Source of the DNA: a virus
Lineage: Duplodnaviria; Caudoviricetes
Direction: 5' to 3' (one strand)
Length of the DNA stretch: 61,563 bases
Virus record (IMG/VR): IMGVR_UViG_3300041809_002848
Coordinates: 1-61,563 of that record
The translations under genes were made by a program, and so were the position numbers. This document shows, piece by piece, positions 9,182-18,887 of this stretch. The stretch's first letter is position 1, and each line of letters opens with the position of its first letter. Under the pieces are notes generated by a model. The model was not told where the DNA came from, did no database searches, and saw only the letters and a program-made list of their open reading frames with translations.

Positions 9182-9204
9182 CGGCGTGACGGGCTTTTCA
9201 CACT
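9182..9204 (+). promoter_or_regulatory. Phage promoter motif upstream of portal
   Basis: CGGCGTGACG-GGCTTTT-CACACT. Confidence 0.7.
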
Positions 9205-9231
9205 TGGGGTCGTCGACCGGCTCGAGGTGAG

Positions 9232-10797
9232 GTGCCCGTGAACCTGAACCCGCTGCGCCTCTTCGGCGCTCATCCCAAGAAGCGCGCGCTGGACGAGTCC
9301 AGCGAGCTCTACCGTGCGCTCGCGGTCTACGCGCAAACCGCTTCTGGCTTCTCCGTCAACGACGAGACCGCGCTGACCTCGGTGGCCGTGCTCGGCTGCC
9401 TGCAGGTCCGCGCCGGCTCGTTCTCCGCGCTCCCGCTCAAGGTCCGCCAGCGTGTCGGGCGCGATCGCCTCGAGCGCGACGACCATCCGGTCTACCGACT
9501 CCTCTCGGTGGCGCCGAACCCGATGCTCACCGCGCCGCAGTTCTGGCGCTGGAAGCAGATTCAGGAGGATCTCACCGGCAACGCCTTCGCCCGGGTCATC
9601 TGGGACGGCGGCGAGCCGGTCGAGGTGTGGCCGATGACCGGGCCGCTGCCGACCATGCGCACCACGTCGGTGGGCATGGCCTACGCCTACGGCGGCGACG
9701 TCTGCGTGCCGGCCGGCGTCTACCCGGCCAACCAGATCCTGCACTTCAAGGGCCAGGTTCTGCGCAACCCGTACTGGGGCCGGTCGATCATCAACCTGGC
9801 TCGCGACGTCATCGGCCTGGACATCGCCACCGAGCAGTTCTTCGCCCGCTTCCTGGCGAACGGCAACCACTTCCCGGGCTACCTCTCGACCGAGCAGGAC
9901 TTAACCGACGAGGACTACGAGGCACTCAAGGAGCAGTTCAAGGGCACAAGCGGCGTACTCACCGCCGGCGAGCTGCGCATCTTCGATCGCGGCCTGAAGC
10001 TCCTGCAGAACGCCATGAGCCTCAAAGACGCGCAGTTGGTCGAGGAGCAGCGCTGGCTCCTAGAGCAGATGTGTCGCCTCTTCCGTGTGCCGCTCCCGCT
10101 CCTGCAGGACTGGACGCACGGCACCTACACCAACGCCGAGCAGGCCGGGCTGTGGTTCGGCCAGCACACGCTCACGCCGCTTGCGGTCGACACCGAGGCC
10201 GTCATCGCGCAGCGCATGTTCTTGGCCAGCGAGGTCGCCGCCGGCTACTTTGTGAAGTTCAACATCGACTCCCTGCTGCGCGGTGACTTCGCCGCCCGCA
10301 CCGCCGGCTACTCGGTGCTCATCCTCTGCGGCGTGCTGTCGCCCAACGAGGCGCGCGCCTTCGAGGACTGGAACCCCTACGACGGCGGCGACGACTACCG
10401 GCTGCCGCTCAACACCGCGCCGGCCGGCGACCCGCTCGCGCCGCCCGCAATCGTGCCGGCCGCAGACCACGCCAAGGCGCAGGAGGTCGTGCCGGCTGGC
10501 GACGCCGCGCGCAACCTGCAGGCCGGCGAGGCGGCGCGCTTCGCCGTGGCCACCATGATCCGCAACGCCGGCGATCTCATCGCGCGCCGCGCCGTCGAGG
10601 ATGCAGGGCGCGGCCGGTCGGTCACCGACACCGAGGCGTTCGCGCACCGCGTGCTGGCGCCGGTCTGCGAGTCGGCGTGTCACCTCGGCGTCCAGCTATC
10701 TCCGCAGACCCTGGTCGACCACTTCGTGGCTCGGCGTGACGGCGTTCTCACAGTGGGGCCAGGTTCGCCGGCTGCAGACGAGGAGGGCGCTTCATGA
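9232..10797 (+). CDS. Portal protein (HK97 family)
   Basis: PN..T...FW, GNAF, ILHFKG, LFRVP, SPNEARAFED motifs. Confidence 0.95.
   Translation: MPVNLNPLRLFGAHPKKRALDESSELYRALAVYAQTASGFSVNDETALTSVAVLGCLQVRAGSFSALPLKVRQRVGRDRLERDDHPVYRLLSVAPNPMLTAPQFWRWKQIQEDLTGNAFARVIWDGGEPVEVWPMTGPLPTMRTTSVGMAYAYGGDVCVPAGVYPANQILHFKGQVLRNPYWGRSIINLARDVIGLDIATEQFFARFLANGNHFPGYLSTEQDLTDEDYEALKEQFKGTSGVLTAGELRIFDRGLKLLQNAMSLKDAQLVEEQRWLLEQMCRLFRVPLPLLQDWTHGTYTNAEQAGLWFGQHTLTPLAVDTEAVIAQRMFLASEVAAGYFVKFNIDSLLRGDFAARTAGYSVLILCGVLSPNEARAFEDWNPYDGGDDYRLPLNTAPAGDPLAPPAIVPAADHAKAQEVVPAGDAARNLQAGEAARFAVATMIRNAGDLIARRAVEDAGRGRSVTDTEAFAHRVLAPVCESACHLGVQLSPQTLVDHFVARRDGVLTVGPGSPAADEEGAS
10732..10754 (+). promoter_or_regulatory. 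Phage promoter motif inside the portal 3' end, upstream of protease/capsid
   Basis: CGGCGTGACG-GCGTTCT-CACAGT. Confidence 0.65.
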
Positions 10798-11687
10798 ACA
10801 CCGAGCTGCGCACGAGGGTCGCCTCGGACCTGCGCTTCCTCGCCGCTTCGGGCGATGCGCCGGACCGCATACAAGCCAAGGCTCTCGTCTACGGCGCCGT
10901 CTCTGAGGACATGGGCGGCTGGCGCGAGGTCTTCGCGCCGGGCTCGGTCGAGCTCGACCCCGACCTGCGTATGCTCAACGACCATCAGACCGCCATGGTC
11001 CTCGGTCGCGTGAGCGCCGGCACGCTGGACGCCATGGATGACGGAAGTGGCATCGTGGCGACCGCTTACCCGCCGGACACGTCGTGGGCGCGCGACTTGC
11101 GAGTCTCGATGGAGCGCGGCGACATCGACCAGATGTCCTTCCGCTTCCAGGCGCTCGAGGACGACGTCGCCTGGGTCCCTTCCGAGGCCGCGCCCGACGG
11201 CGGCTACGTGCTGCGCACCGTCCTGCGCGCGCTGATCTCCGAGGTCTCGGTGGTGGCCATGCCGGCCTACCCGCAGACCGTGGCGCTTGCCCGCGCGAGC
11301 GTGAGCGGTGAGCTCCGCCGCCGCGTCTGGTCGGCGCTGCCGGTCGAGCTGCGCGAGGGCAAGGTGCTCTCCCAGGAGAACATGGCCGCGCTCATTCAGA
11401 TCCACGACCTTACCGAGGCCGTGCTCTCCGGCGCCGACCCGAACTGGGCCGAGGCCGGCGTGGCCGCCGGCGAGGACGGCGGCGACGGCGACGCCAACGA
11501 CACCGGCGCCGCCGGCGAGCGCGCAAACGATTCTTCTGACTTCGAGGTCACCGCGGGGGCCGGCGGATCGCCGGCGGACCCGTCTCGCGCCGGTTCGGCG
11601 CCGCACCTGCCCAGCTCTCGGTCCGCCACCATCTGGCTGCCGGGCGTCGGGCTCCGTTCGATCACTCAAGGAGCGTGGTCCCGATGA
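10794..11687 (+). CDS. HK97-type prohead protease
   Basis: GGWREVFAPG, NDH, QMSFRF, EVSVV..PAY. Confidence 0.92.
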   Translation: MNTELRTRVASDLRFLAASGDAPDRIQAKALVYGAVSEDMGGWREVFAPGSVELDPDLRMLNDHQTAMVLGRVSAGTLDAMDDGSGIVATAYPPDTSWARDLRVSMERGDIDQMSFRFQALEDDVAWVPSEAAPDGGYVLRTVLRALISEVSVVAMPAYPQTVALARASVSGELRRRVWSALPVELREGKVLSQENMAALIQIHDLTEAVLSGADPNWAEAGVAAGEDGGDGDANDTGAAGERANDSSDFEVTAGAGGSPADPSRAGSAPHLPSSRSATIWLPGVGLRSITQGAWSR

Positions 11688-12853
11688 GGACTGACTACCG
11701 TGAGCTGGACCGGCGCGCCAGCGAGATCCGCGCCGAGACCGAGGGCATCCTGGCCAAGGGCGCCGAGATGACCTCAGAGGACCGCGACCTGCTCAACCAG
11801 CGGGTCGGCGAGATGAACACCCTAGAGCGCGTGGCGCTCGAGCTGCGCGACTCGCAGATCGACGAGCTGACCCGCCAGGTGGCCGCCGGCGCGCCCGTGC
11901 TGACCGGCACCACGCCGGAAGACCAGGCGCAGGTCGACGACTTCCGCGCCTACCTGCGCTCGGGTGAGCAGCGCGCCGCACTGGTCGCCGGCACGGGCTC
12001 CGGCGGCGGCTTCGTTGTGCCCGAGCCGGTGCACGCGCCGCTCATCGAGAAGTACCGCAAGCACTCCCCCATCATCGCCGACTGCACGGTCTTCGAGATG
12101 CAGGGCAACACGTCGATGTACCTGCCCTACAAGGCCACGCACGGCTCGATCGCTGCCACGACCGAGACCGGCGCTCGTACCGAGCGCACCGAGCCGACCT
12201 TCACCGGCGGCGCCGACACCTCGCTGCAGGCGTTCGACTACTACTCGGACCAGCGCGCCACACAGCAGCTCTTAGACGACGTCCCCGACTTCGAGCAGAC
12301 CATGCTCGAGTGGCAGTACGAGGACTTCATGGAGCAGCTCAACGCCGACGCCTGCGTGGGCGCCGGATCCGCGAGTCAGCAGCTCGCCGGGATCTTCGTG
12401 TCCAACGCGACGTACATCACCAAGCTCTCCGGCTCGGCCGGAGCTTTGGTGAACACCGCGTTTCTCACGCAGTTCTTCGCGCTGCCGTTCAAGTACCGGC
12501 CCAACGCGAAGTTCTACCTGTCCTCGGTCACCCTGGCCGCGGTCATGGGGTTCACCTACCCGAACCTCGTCAACACGCCGCTCGTCCAGCCGAACGCCAC
12601 GGACGGCTCGTTCTCCATCCTCGGCAAGCCGGTGGTCGAGGTCGACGACGCGCCGGCGATCGGTGCGACGAAGTACCCGGTCGCCTTCGGCGATCTGTCG
12701 CGCGCCTACGCCGTCGGCATCCACAAGCAGCCGACCATCCTGCGTGACCCCTTCACGGCCAAGCCGAACGTCATCTTCTACGGCCTGGGTCGCTTCGGCG
12801 GCATCCCGTGGGACCCCAACGCGCTCGTGCTCCTCAAGAGCAACGACGCCTGA
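11684..12853 (+). CDS. Major capsid protein (HK97 fold, N-terminal delta domain)
   Basis: GGFVVPE, ILGKPV, FGDLS.AY, RDPFT, RFGG. Confidence 0.95.
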   Translation: MRTDYRELDRRASEIRAETEGILAKGAEMTSEDRDLLNQRVGEMNTLERVALELRDSQIDELTRQVAAGAPVLTGTTPEDQAQVDDFRAYLRSGEQRAALVAGTGSGGGFVVPEPVHAPLIEKYRKHSPIIADCTVFEMQGNTSMYLPYKATHGSIAATTETGARTERTEPTFTGGADTSLQAFDYYSDQRATQQLLDDVPDFEQTMLEWQYEDFMEQLNADACVGAGSASQQLAGIFVSNATYITKLSGSAGALVNTAFLTQFFALPFKYRPNAKFYLSSVTLAAVMGFTYPNLVNTPLVQPNATDGSFSILGKPVVEVDDAPAIGATKYPVAFGDLSRAYAVGIHKQPTILRDPFTAKPNVIFYGLGRFGGIPWDPNALVLLKSNDA

Positions 12854-12867
12854 GTGAGGGGGCTGTC

Positions 12868-13239
12868 ATGGCTGACGTGGAGATCCGGGAGGAGGGCAGC
12901 GCCGAGCAGGCGCCGCCCGAGGCTCCCGTCGAGCAGGTCGGCGCCGAGGCACCGACCGACGAGGCGCCGGCCGACGCGGCCGCGCCCAGGGTAGGCGCGC
13001 CGCTCTGCGAGGAGCGGCTCGTCGAGGTCCGCTTCGTGCGTGACACCAACTGGTGTGTAGCCACGGCGGAGGACTCGTTCATCGAGCCGCTCGCCGCCGG
13101 CGAGCAGCGCACGCTGCCGTGGGAGACCGCGCAGGTCTTCATCGGGCAGGGCGCCGCCGTGTGGGCCGGCGACGAGGAGCTCGCCGTCAAGGCCACGGCC
13201 GGCGAGGTGGCGACGCGCAGTCGTCGCCGCCGTAAGTAG
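12868..13239 (+). CDS. Small acidic protein after capsid
   Basis: RBS; conserved C-terminus AGEVATRSRRRRK shared with 46204-46542. Confidence 0.7.
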   Translation: MADVEIREEGSAEQAPPEAPVEQVGAEAPTDEAPADAAAPRVGAPLCEERLVEVRFVRDTNWCVATAEDSFIEPLAAGEQRTLPWETAQVFIGQGAAVWAGDEELAVKATAGEVATRSRRRRK

Positions 13240-13251
13240 GACACCTCAAGA

Positions 13252-13287
13252 GGCCGCGGGAGCGTTCGGACGGGCGCTCCCGCGGCC
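13252..13287 (+). terminator. 13-bp GC hairpin after the capsid operon
   Basis: GGCCGCGGGAGCG-N10-CGCTCCCGCGGCC; stem identical in B while the loop differs. Confidence 0.7.
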
Positions 13288-13309
13288 GTGCCTGACTAGG
13301 AGGGCGTGA

Positions 13310-14206
13310 GTGGACCGCATCAGGCAGCAGAGCTCTGGGGACTACGCGCTCTCTGTCGTTACCATCGACCCGGCAACCGAGGCGCCCTGCACCGCGACGG
13401 GCGACCTCGGCCTTGTCGTCTATGACGGCGACGGCGTGCAGGTATTCACCGGCGAGGCGATCGGCGGCGAGGGCGTGCTCACCGCCGCCATTCCTGTCGC
13501 CAGCATGCCGCTCCTTGACACCTACGTCTGCGCCTGGTCCGGCACCGCGTCCGGCGAGCCGACGAGCTGGACCAGCCGCGTCGAGGTCTGCGGCGGCTAC
13601 CTCTACGAGATCGCCGACTTCCGCAGCTACTCCCCAGAGTTTGCCGACGTCGTGAAGTTTCCCGCGGCGATGCTGCGCGCCGCGCGCGTCGCCGGCGAGC
13701 AGCGCTTCGAAAAGCACGCGCGCGTCGCCTACGTGCCGCGCGGTGGTCGCTGGTCGGGCTACATCAAGGGACACCCCGTGCCGATCGGCTACGGCATCGG
13801 CTACGAAGCCGGCTGCCAGCGCTTGGAGACGCAGTTCAACCGCGTGCGCTGCCTGCGGGCCGTCACCCAGAACGGCGTGGCCATGGCGCCGGCCGACCTC
13901 GCCTTGCTGCATCCGCTTGAGTGGGGCGCGATCGACCGCCAGCCGGGCGACTACTGGCTCGACGGGCAGCAGATCAAGGTCACGCTTGAGCACGGCTACG
14001 ACGCGCCGCCCGAGCCAGTCTCCACGGCCGTCATGATCCTGGCGCGCGAGTACATCTTCCGCACCGCGCTCTCGAGCCGGGCGACCGTGGAGGCGACCGA
14101 CGTCGGCTTCTTTCGCCTGTCGGTCGCCGGGCCGGGCCGACCGACCGGGATCCCTGAGGTCGACACGGCGATCCTCGAGTTCGGCCGGCGCCGGCCGCGC
14201 GTATGA
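13310..14206 (+). CDS. Head-tail connector/adaptor
   Basis: Position; HGYDAPP.PV..AV and TGIPEVD motifs; paralogue in B. Confidence 0.7.
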   Translation: MDRIRQQSSGDYALSVVTIDPATEAPCTATGDLGLVVYDGDGVQVFTGEAIGGEGVLTAAIPVASMPLLDTYVCAWSGTASGEPTSWTSRVEVCGGYLYEIADFRSYSPEFADVVKFPAAMLRAARVAGEQRFEKHARVAYVPRGGRWSGYIKGHPVPIGYGIGYEAGCQRLETQFNRVRCLRAVTQNGVAMAPADLALLHPLEWGAIDRQPGDYWLDGQQIKVTLEHGYDAPPEPVSTAVMILAREYIFRTALSSRATVEATDVGFFRLSVAGPGRPTGIPEVDTAILEFGRRRPRV

Positions 14207-14643
14207 GCGGCTTCCGCACCCTCGCGCCGGCGGTGCAGGCCGCGCTGCTGGCCGCGATCGCCGCCGCGGCGCCGGACACGACGTCGGTCTCGCTGGGCTA
14301 CCCGCCGGGCGGCCTGGCCGCCGAGCAGGTCTGGGTGGAGGGCGACTTCGAGTTCGACGTGTCGCTCGAGACGAGCGGCTGGACGCAGCGCCAGGAGGAC
14401 GGCACCACGGAGGTGCGTATCGCCGTGACGCAGACCTGCGACTCGTTCCTCGGGCCGCAATCGCGCGCGCTGGAGCTCGCCGGCATGGTCGAGGACTGTC
14501 TGGCCGCCGACCGCACGCTCGGCGGCGTGGTCGATCGCTGCGCCGTCTCCAAGGGCAAGGGCCAGGAGGCGATTCCTTCGGAGCACCAGCACCAGTTCGG
14601 CATCATCTTGACCGTCGCCTGGGCGGGCACCGCCGCGGCGTGA
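14203..14643 (+). CDS. Tail terminator-like protein
   Basis: Position; DRTLGGVVD motif. Confidence 0.6.
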   Translation: MSGFRTLAPAVQAALLAAIAAAAPDTTSVSLGYPPGGLAAEQVWVEGDFEFDVSLETSGWTQRQEDGTTEVRIAVTQTCDSFLGPQSRALELAGMVEDCLAADRTLGGVVDRCAVSKGKGQEAIPSEHQHQFGIILTVAWAGTAAA

Positions 14644-14658
14644 CGGTCCTTTCACGAT
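14636..14658 (+). promoter_or_regulatory. Phage promoter motif upstream of the tail-tube unit
   Basis: CGGCGTGACG-GTCCTTT-CACGAT; its TGA is the upstream stop codon. Confidence 0.7.
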
Positions 14659-14668
14659 GGGGGCTGTG

Positions 14669-14890
14669 ATGAGGCACAAGTTCACGATCGCGCAGAAGGT
14701 CTGGGGCGAGTTCCACGGCGAGTTCTTCTCGGGCTCCTTCTCCTACGAGGCGGGCACGCACGTCACTCGCACCGCCGGCGAGGAAGAGCTGTTCGAGCAC
14801 CTCGTCGGGCTCGGGCTGGCCGCTCGCGTGACGCGCGCGCCGGCGCCCGGCCGACCGTCGCCGGCGCAAACGATTACCTCGGAGGTCTGA
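14669..14890 (+). CDS. Small hypothetical phage protein
   Basis: QKVWGEFHGE conserved with 47969-48172. Confidence 0.7.
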   Translation: MRHKFTIAQKVWGEFHGEFFSGSFSYEAGTHVTRTAGEEELFEHLVGLGLAARVTRAPAPGRPSPAQTITSEV

Positions 14891-14892
14891 CC

Positions 14893-15873
14893 ATGGCTGG
14901 GGCTCTGCAAATCGGTAGGGACATCATCGGCGTCGCCAAGCAAGCCGGCGCCGGTGTGCTCGCTGCCAACCCGACCTTCGCGCACGGCGTCTCGACTGGC
15001 TCCGACCCGAGCGTCTCGATCGGCCAGGCCGACGACCCGCAGACCTCGGCCGGCCGCGCCGCGCCGGGCGCGTACCGCTCGTCGGTGGACGAGAAGTTCA
15101 CCTTCGATACGCGCGCCTGGCAGAAGTCGATCGGGCTCTATCTGCTGGCCATGCTCGGCAACGACGGCGTGACCGGCGGGCCGGCCTACGTCCACGTGCT
15201 GACCCAGGGCCTGACCGTGCCCTACCTCTCGATGTTCTCCAAGAAGGGCGACGGCACGATCATCGCCGTGCGCGACTGCAAGCTCTCCAAGCTCGAGTTC
15301 GCCTGGCAGGACAACCAGCCGCTGGTCGTCTCGGTCGAGGCGGACGGCTGCGTGCTCTCGTTCCCGCTGACCTTCACGCCCGGCACCGACGAGTCGGGCA
15401 CGCTCGGCTACTACACGCCGGTGGGCGGCACGTTCAAGTACGACGTCGCTTCGGCCGTGCCGGTCGTGGCAGCGATCACCGGCGGCAAGATCACCCTCGC
15501 CCAGGACATCAACACGCCCGTCTTCTCCGGTCAGGTAGAGGCCGGCGATGCCATCGAGGGCAACCTCGCAGTCGACGTCTCGTTCGACTGCATCCCGGCC
15601 GACACCACGCTGTGGCGCAAGATCGTCACGGGCACCATCAACGGCGCTGCGATCGCCGCGGCGCCGCAGTACGGCTCGTTCGAGATGACCTTCGCCAAGG
15701 GCGCCGATTCGCTGAAGTTCGGCGCCTACAACGTGGGCTTCCTGGCCGACCTGCCCGGCGCCGACGCCAAGGGCGGCGCCGCCCAGATGACCGTGGCGGG
15801 CTCCGCCTACCCGGCCGCCGCCGGCGGCACGCCTATCACCGCCACCCTGACCAACGCGGTCGCGTCCTACTAA
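14893..15873 (+). CDS. Major tail (tube) protein
   Basis: 326 aa, beta-rich, directly upstream of the frameshifted chaperone. Confidence 0.8.
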   Translation: MAGALQIGRDIIGVAKQAGAGVLAANPTFAHGVSTGSDPSVSIGQADDPQTSAGRAAPGAYRSSVDEKFTFDTRAWQKSIGLYLLAMLGNDGVTGGPAYVHVLTQGLTVPYLSMFSKKGDGTIIAVRDCKLSKLEFAWQDNQPLVVSVEADGCVLSFPLTFTPGTDESGTLGYYTPVGGTFKYDVASAVPVVAAITGGKITLAQDINTPVFSGQVEAGDAIEGNLAVDVSFDCIPADTTLWRKIVTGTINGAAIAAAPQYGSFEMTFAKGADSLKFGAYNVGFLADLPGADAKGGAAQMTVAGSAYPAAAGGTPITATLTNAVASY

Positions 15874-15884
15874 AGGGGGAGCCC

Positions 15885-16265
15885 ATGAAGCGCGTCATCG
15901 TGCGCTATGTCGGAGGGGCCGAGGAGACCGCCTGGCTCCAGCCCTTCGACGACATGCTCAAGAACCGCGAGCTCGCCCGCCCGCTCTACCGCGACCCCGA
16001 GAGCGGCGAGTCGTGGATCACCGACGCCGAGCGCATGGCCTGCCAGGCGTTCTTCGCCTTGCAGCGCGCAGCGCGCGTCTCGGAGGGCGAGTTCATGGAC
16101 TGGTACAAGCGCGTCGAGGAGATCGAGCCGCGCCTCTCGCACCGCGATGTGGACGACCTCTTATCGACGGGCGCCGTGGACGCCAAGACGGCGGCCTTTC
16201 TCAACAAGCGCGTCGACGAGCTAGGTGATGGCGCGGGGGAATCTCAGGCGCCGCCTTCGCTATAG
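15885..16265 (+). CDS. Tail assembly chaperone (gpG-like)
   Basis: Position; GGGGGAA slippery site near the 3' end. Confidence 0.8.
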   Translation: MKRVIVRYVGGAEETAWLQPFDDMLKNRELARPLYRDPESGESWITDAERMACQAFFALQRAARVSEGEFMDWYKRVEEIEPRLSHRDVDDLLSTGAVDAKTAAFLNKRVDELGDGAGESQAPPSL

Positions 16266-16414
16266 CGGATGCGGCGCTGGCGGCGGGCTTCGGTCTGGAC
16301 ATGCAGCGCTGCGACGGCGAGGTCTTCGCCGCCCTGATGGTCCGGCTCGAGGACGCCGAGCGGGCGCGCCGCCGGGAGGAGTTGCTGGCGCGCTTCAAGG
16401 AGGGCAAGGCGTGA
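16235..16414 (+). other. -1 programmed frameshift site and gpGT-like extension
   Basis: G GGG GAA at 16235-16241; the -1 frame GISGAAFAIADAALAAGFGLDMQRCDGEVFAAL...* is conserved in B. Confidence 0.85.
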
Positions 16415-16932
16415 GCGGGATATCGGGCAAGGTCATCGGGGCCGGGACGACCGGGTTCTCCGCCGAGTTTCGCATCGAGGGGCTCGAGGAGACGCTCGCC
16501 GCGCTATGCGCGCTGGACCGCGACATCTACGCGGGGCTCATCCGCGCGCTTAAGACCGTGGGCGATCTGCTGGCCGCCGACGCCGACGCCGCTGCGCCGC
16601 TGGGCGCCAAGGGCGGCTACTTCACCCGCATGAGCGTGCGCGGCCAGAAGGTCGGCGTGAAGGTCGGCGCCCGCGCGGGCTCGGTCGCCGGCCGCAACGC
16701 CGCCATCTTCGAGTTCGCCGGCACGCGCATGCAGTCGCGCCTCGGCGGTCCCATCACCGGGCAGGGCGCCGCCATGGTGAGCTGGCTCGACGGCTTCGGC
16801 AAGCCGGGCCGCTTTCTCTGGGCGTCCTGGGATAAGAGCAAGGACCGTGCCGAGGTCCAGATCCGCACGATGATGAGCCAGGCCGAGCGCATCTGCCGGG
16901 AGCGCTTGAACGCCGCCGGCGAGGCGTTCTGA
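16411..16932 (+). CDS. HK97 gp10-like tail completion protein
   Basis: IEGLEE..AAL, AIFEFAGT, PGRFLW.SWD motifs. Confidence 0.7.
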   Translation: MSGISGKVIGAGTTGFSAEFRIEGLEETLAALCALDRDIYAGLIRALKTVGDLLAADADAAAPLGAKGGYFTRMSVRGQKVGVKVGARAGSVAGRNAAIFEFAGTRMQSRLGGPITGQGAAMVSWLDGFGKPGRFLWASWDKSKDRAEVQIRTMMSQAERICRERLNAAGEAF

Positions 16933-18887
16933 TGGCCGTTGTCGTCAACGTGTACGGCAAGGCGTCGCTTGCCCAGATCGACAAGGCGCAGGCGCAGCTC
17001 GCCGGCCTGCGCCGCGAGGCCGCGGCGCAAGCCGGTCCGTGGAAGAGCATGGGCTCGGCGATCAGCTCGACCTGGGCCAAGATCGGCTCGACCGTCGCCG
17101 CCGTCGCCGTCGCGCGCTGGCTCAAGGGCTCGGTCGACGCCGCGCGCAGCTACCAGCTCGGGCTGGCGCAGCTGCGCACCGCCGTGCTCGACACCAACAA
17201 GGCCGAGGGTGGGCACGCCGCCGCGCTGGCCGCCTCGAAGACCAGCTCGGTCGCGGTGACTTCTTCGCAGGTCGCCCTCGCGAAGGCGGCGGCCGCCGCC
17301 GCGAAGGCCGCAAAGGATCACGGCAAATCGTCGCTTGCCTACCGCAGTGCCGCGGTGGCCGAGCAGAAGGCCGAGCTCGCGCTCTCCGCCGCCGAGGTCA
17401 AGCACCGCAACGACCTGCAGACGCTGCGCTCGGCGGTGGACGGCGGCAAGGTCATGTGGGCCGGCTACCAGGCTCAGATGCAGAAGGTCGTCACCACGCA
17501 GTCGCAGCTCTCCGCCTACTCGCGCGGCGATCTCGAGGGCGCACTGACGGCGCTCACCCAGACGACGGGCTCGGCGTCCAAGGGGCTCTCGCTGCTGGCG
17601 CTGACCACCAACCTGGCGCGGGCCAAGCACATGGACCTCGAGAAGGCCGCGACGCTCGTGGGCAAGGTGGCCGACGGCAACACCACGGCGCTCAAGCGCT
17701 ACGGCATCGTGCTCGACAAGGGCGCCACGGCGACGCAGGCGCTGGCCGCGATGAACGCCAAGTTCGCCGGCGCCGCCAAGACCTACGGCGACTCGTCGGC
17801 CGGCGCCGCGGAGAAGTTCCACAACTCGCTGCAGCAGCTGCAGATCACCGTGGGCACGGCGCTGCTGCCGGTCATCAACCGCCTCATGGGCTACCTCAAC
17901 ACCGGCCTGGGGCTGTTCCAGAAGCTGCCGGGGCCGGTGAAGACCGTGGTGGTGGCGCTCGGCGCCCTGGCCGGCGTGGCCGCGCTCATGGCGCCGTTCG
18001 CCTCGGGCATCCTCGCCGTGGGCAAGGCCATGCAGCTCGCGCAGCTCGCCTCGAAGGTCTGGGCCGCCGCGCAGTGGCTGCTCAACGCCGCCATGGACGC
18101 CAACCCCATCGGGCTCGTCGTGGTGGCGATCGCCGCGCTCGTCGCCGCCTTCGTCATCGCCTACAAGCGCTCGCAGACCTTCCGCGACGTCGTGCTCGGC
18201 GCCTGGAATGCGATCAAGTCGGCGACGAGCTCAGTCTTCAACTGGATCGTCTCGTTCTTCAAGCGCTGGGGCACGCTCGTGCTCGCCGCGCTCACCGGCG
18301 GGCTGGGGCCGGCGGTGCTGTGGGTGCTCGGCCACTGGGCGCAGATCCGCAGCGCCGCCTCGGACGCCTTCGGCGCCGTGGTGAGTCTCGCCAAGGGCTT
18401 CGGCGGGCGCGTCCTGGGTGCCGTGGGCAACCTCGGGTCGCTGCTCTACTCGGCGGGCCAGGCCGTAGTGCATGGCTTCGTCAACGGCATCACGAGCGTC
18501 TGGAGCTCCGTGACCAGCACGATCTCTCACCTGCTGTCGGGACTGTCGAAGGCGGCCAAGAAGCTGCTCGGCATCTCGAGCCCGAGCAAGGTCTTCGCCG
18601 ACATCGGCCGGCAGACCGCGGCCGGGCTGGCCGCCGGCATGGACGGCGGGCGCGGCCTGGTGAGCGCCGCGGCCGGCCGCATGGTCGGCGCTTCGCTTGG
18701 GGGGGCGAGCGGCTACGGCGGCGGCGCCGGCGGCGCCCTCGTGGTGGCGCCCGGGGCCATCGTCGTGAATCTCTACGGGGCCGACGCGGGCGGCTCGCCG
18801 GCGGCGATCGGCCAAGCCGTGTCGAGCGCCGTGGCGCCCGCCTTCGACTCACTTGCCCGCGAGGTCCGCCGGGTGGTGAGGCGCTGA
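16932..18887 (+). CDS. Tape measure protein (651 aa)
   Basis: Ala-rich helical; QWLLNAAMDANPIG, SQTFRD and LGISSPSKVF motifs. Confidence 0.92.
   Translation: MAVVVNVYGKASLAQIDKAQAQLAGLRREAAAQAGPWKSMGSAISSTWAKIGSTVAAVAVARWLKGSVDAARSYQLGLAQLRTAVLDTNKAEGGHAAALAASKTSSVAVTSSQVALAKAAAAAAKAAKDHGKSSLAYRSAAVAEQKAELALSAAEVKHRNDLQTLRSAVDGGKVMWAGYQAQMQKVVTTQSQLSAYSRGDLEGALTALTQTTGSASKGLSLLALTTNLARAKHMDLEKAATLVGKVADGNTTALKRYGIVLDKGATATQALAAMNAKFAGAAKTYGDSSAGAAEKFHNSLQQLQITVGTALLPVINRLMGYLNTGLGLFQKLPGPVKTVVVALGALAGVAALMAPFASGILAVGKAMQLAQLASKVWAAAQWLLNAAMDANPIGLVVVAIAALVAAFVIAYKRSQTFRDVVLGAWNAIKSATSSVFNWIVSFFKRWGTLVLAALTGGLGPAVLWVLGHWAQIRSAASDAFGAVVSLAKGFGGRVLGAVGNLGSLLYSAGQAVVHGFVNGITSVWSSVTSTISHLLSGLSKAAKKLLGISSPSKVFADIGRQTAAGLAAGMDGGRGLVSAAAGRMVGASLGGASGYGGGAGGALVVAPGAIVVNLYGADAGGSPAAIGQAVSSAVAPAFDSLAREVRRVVRR

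Noticed and set aside
17039-18886. N-terminal extensions of the 1173-aa and 1099-aa ORFs, and the many long Arg-rich or antisense ORFs
   Set aside because: GC-rich shadow frames overlapping real genes; true starts are coupled at 18887 and 51949
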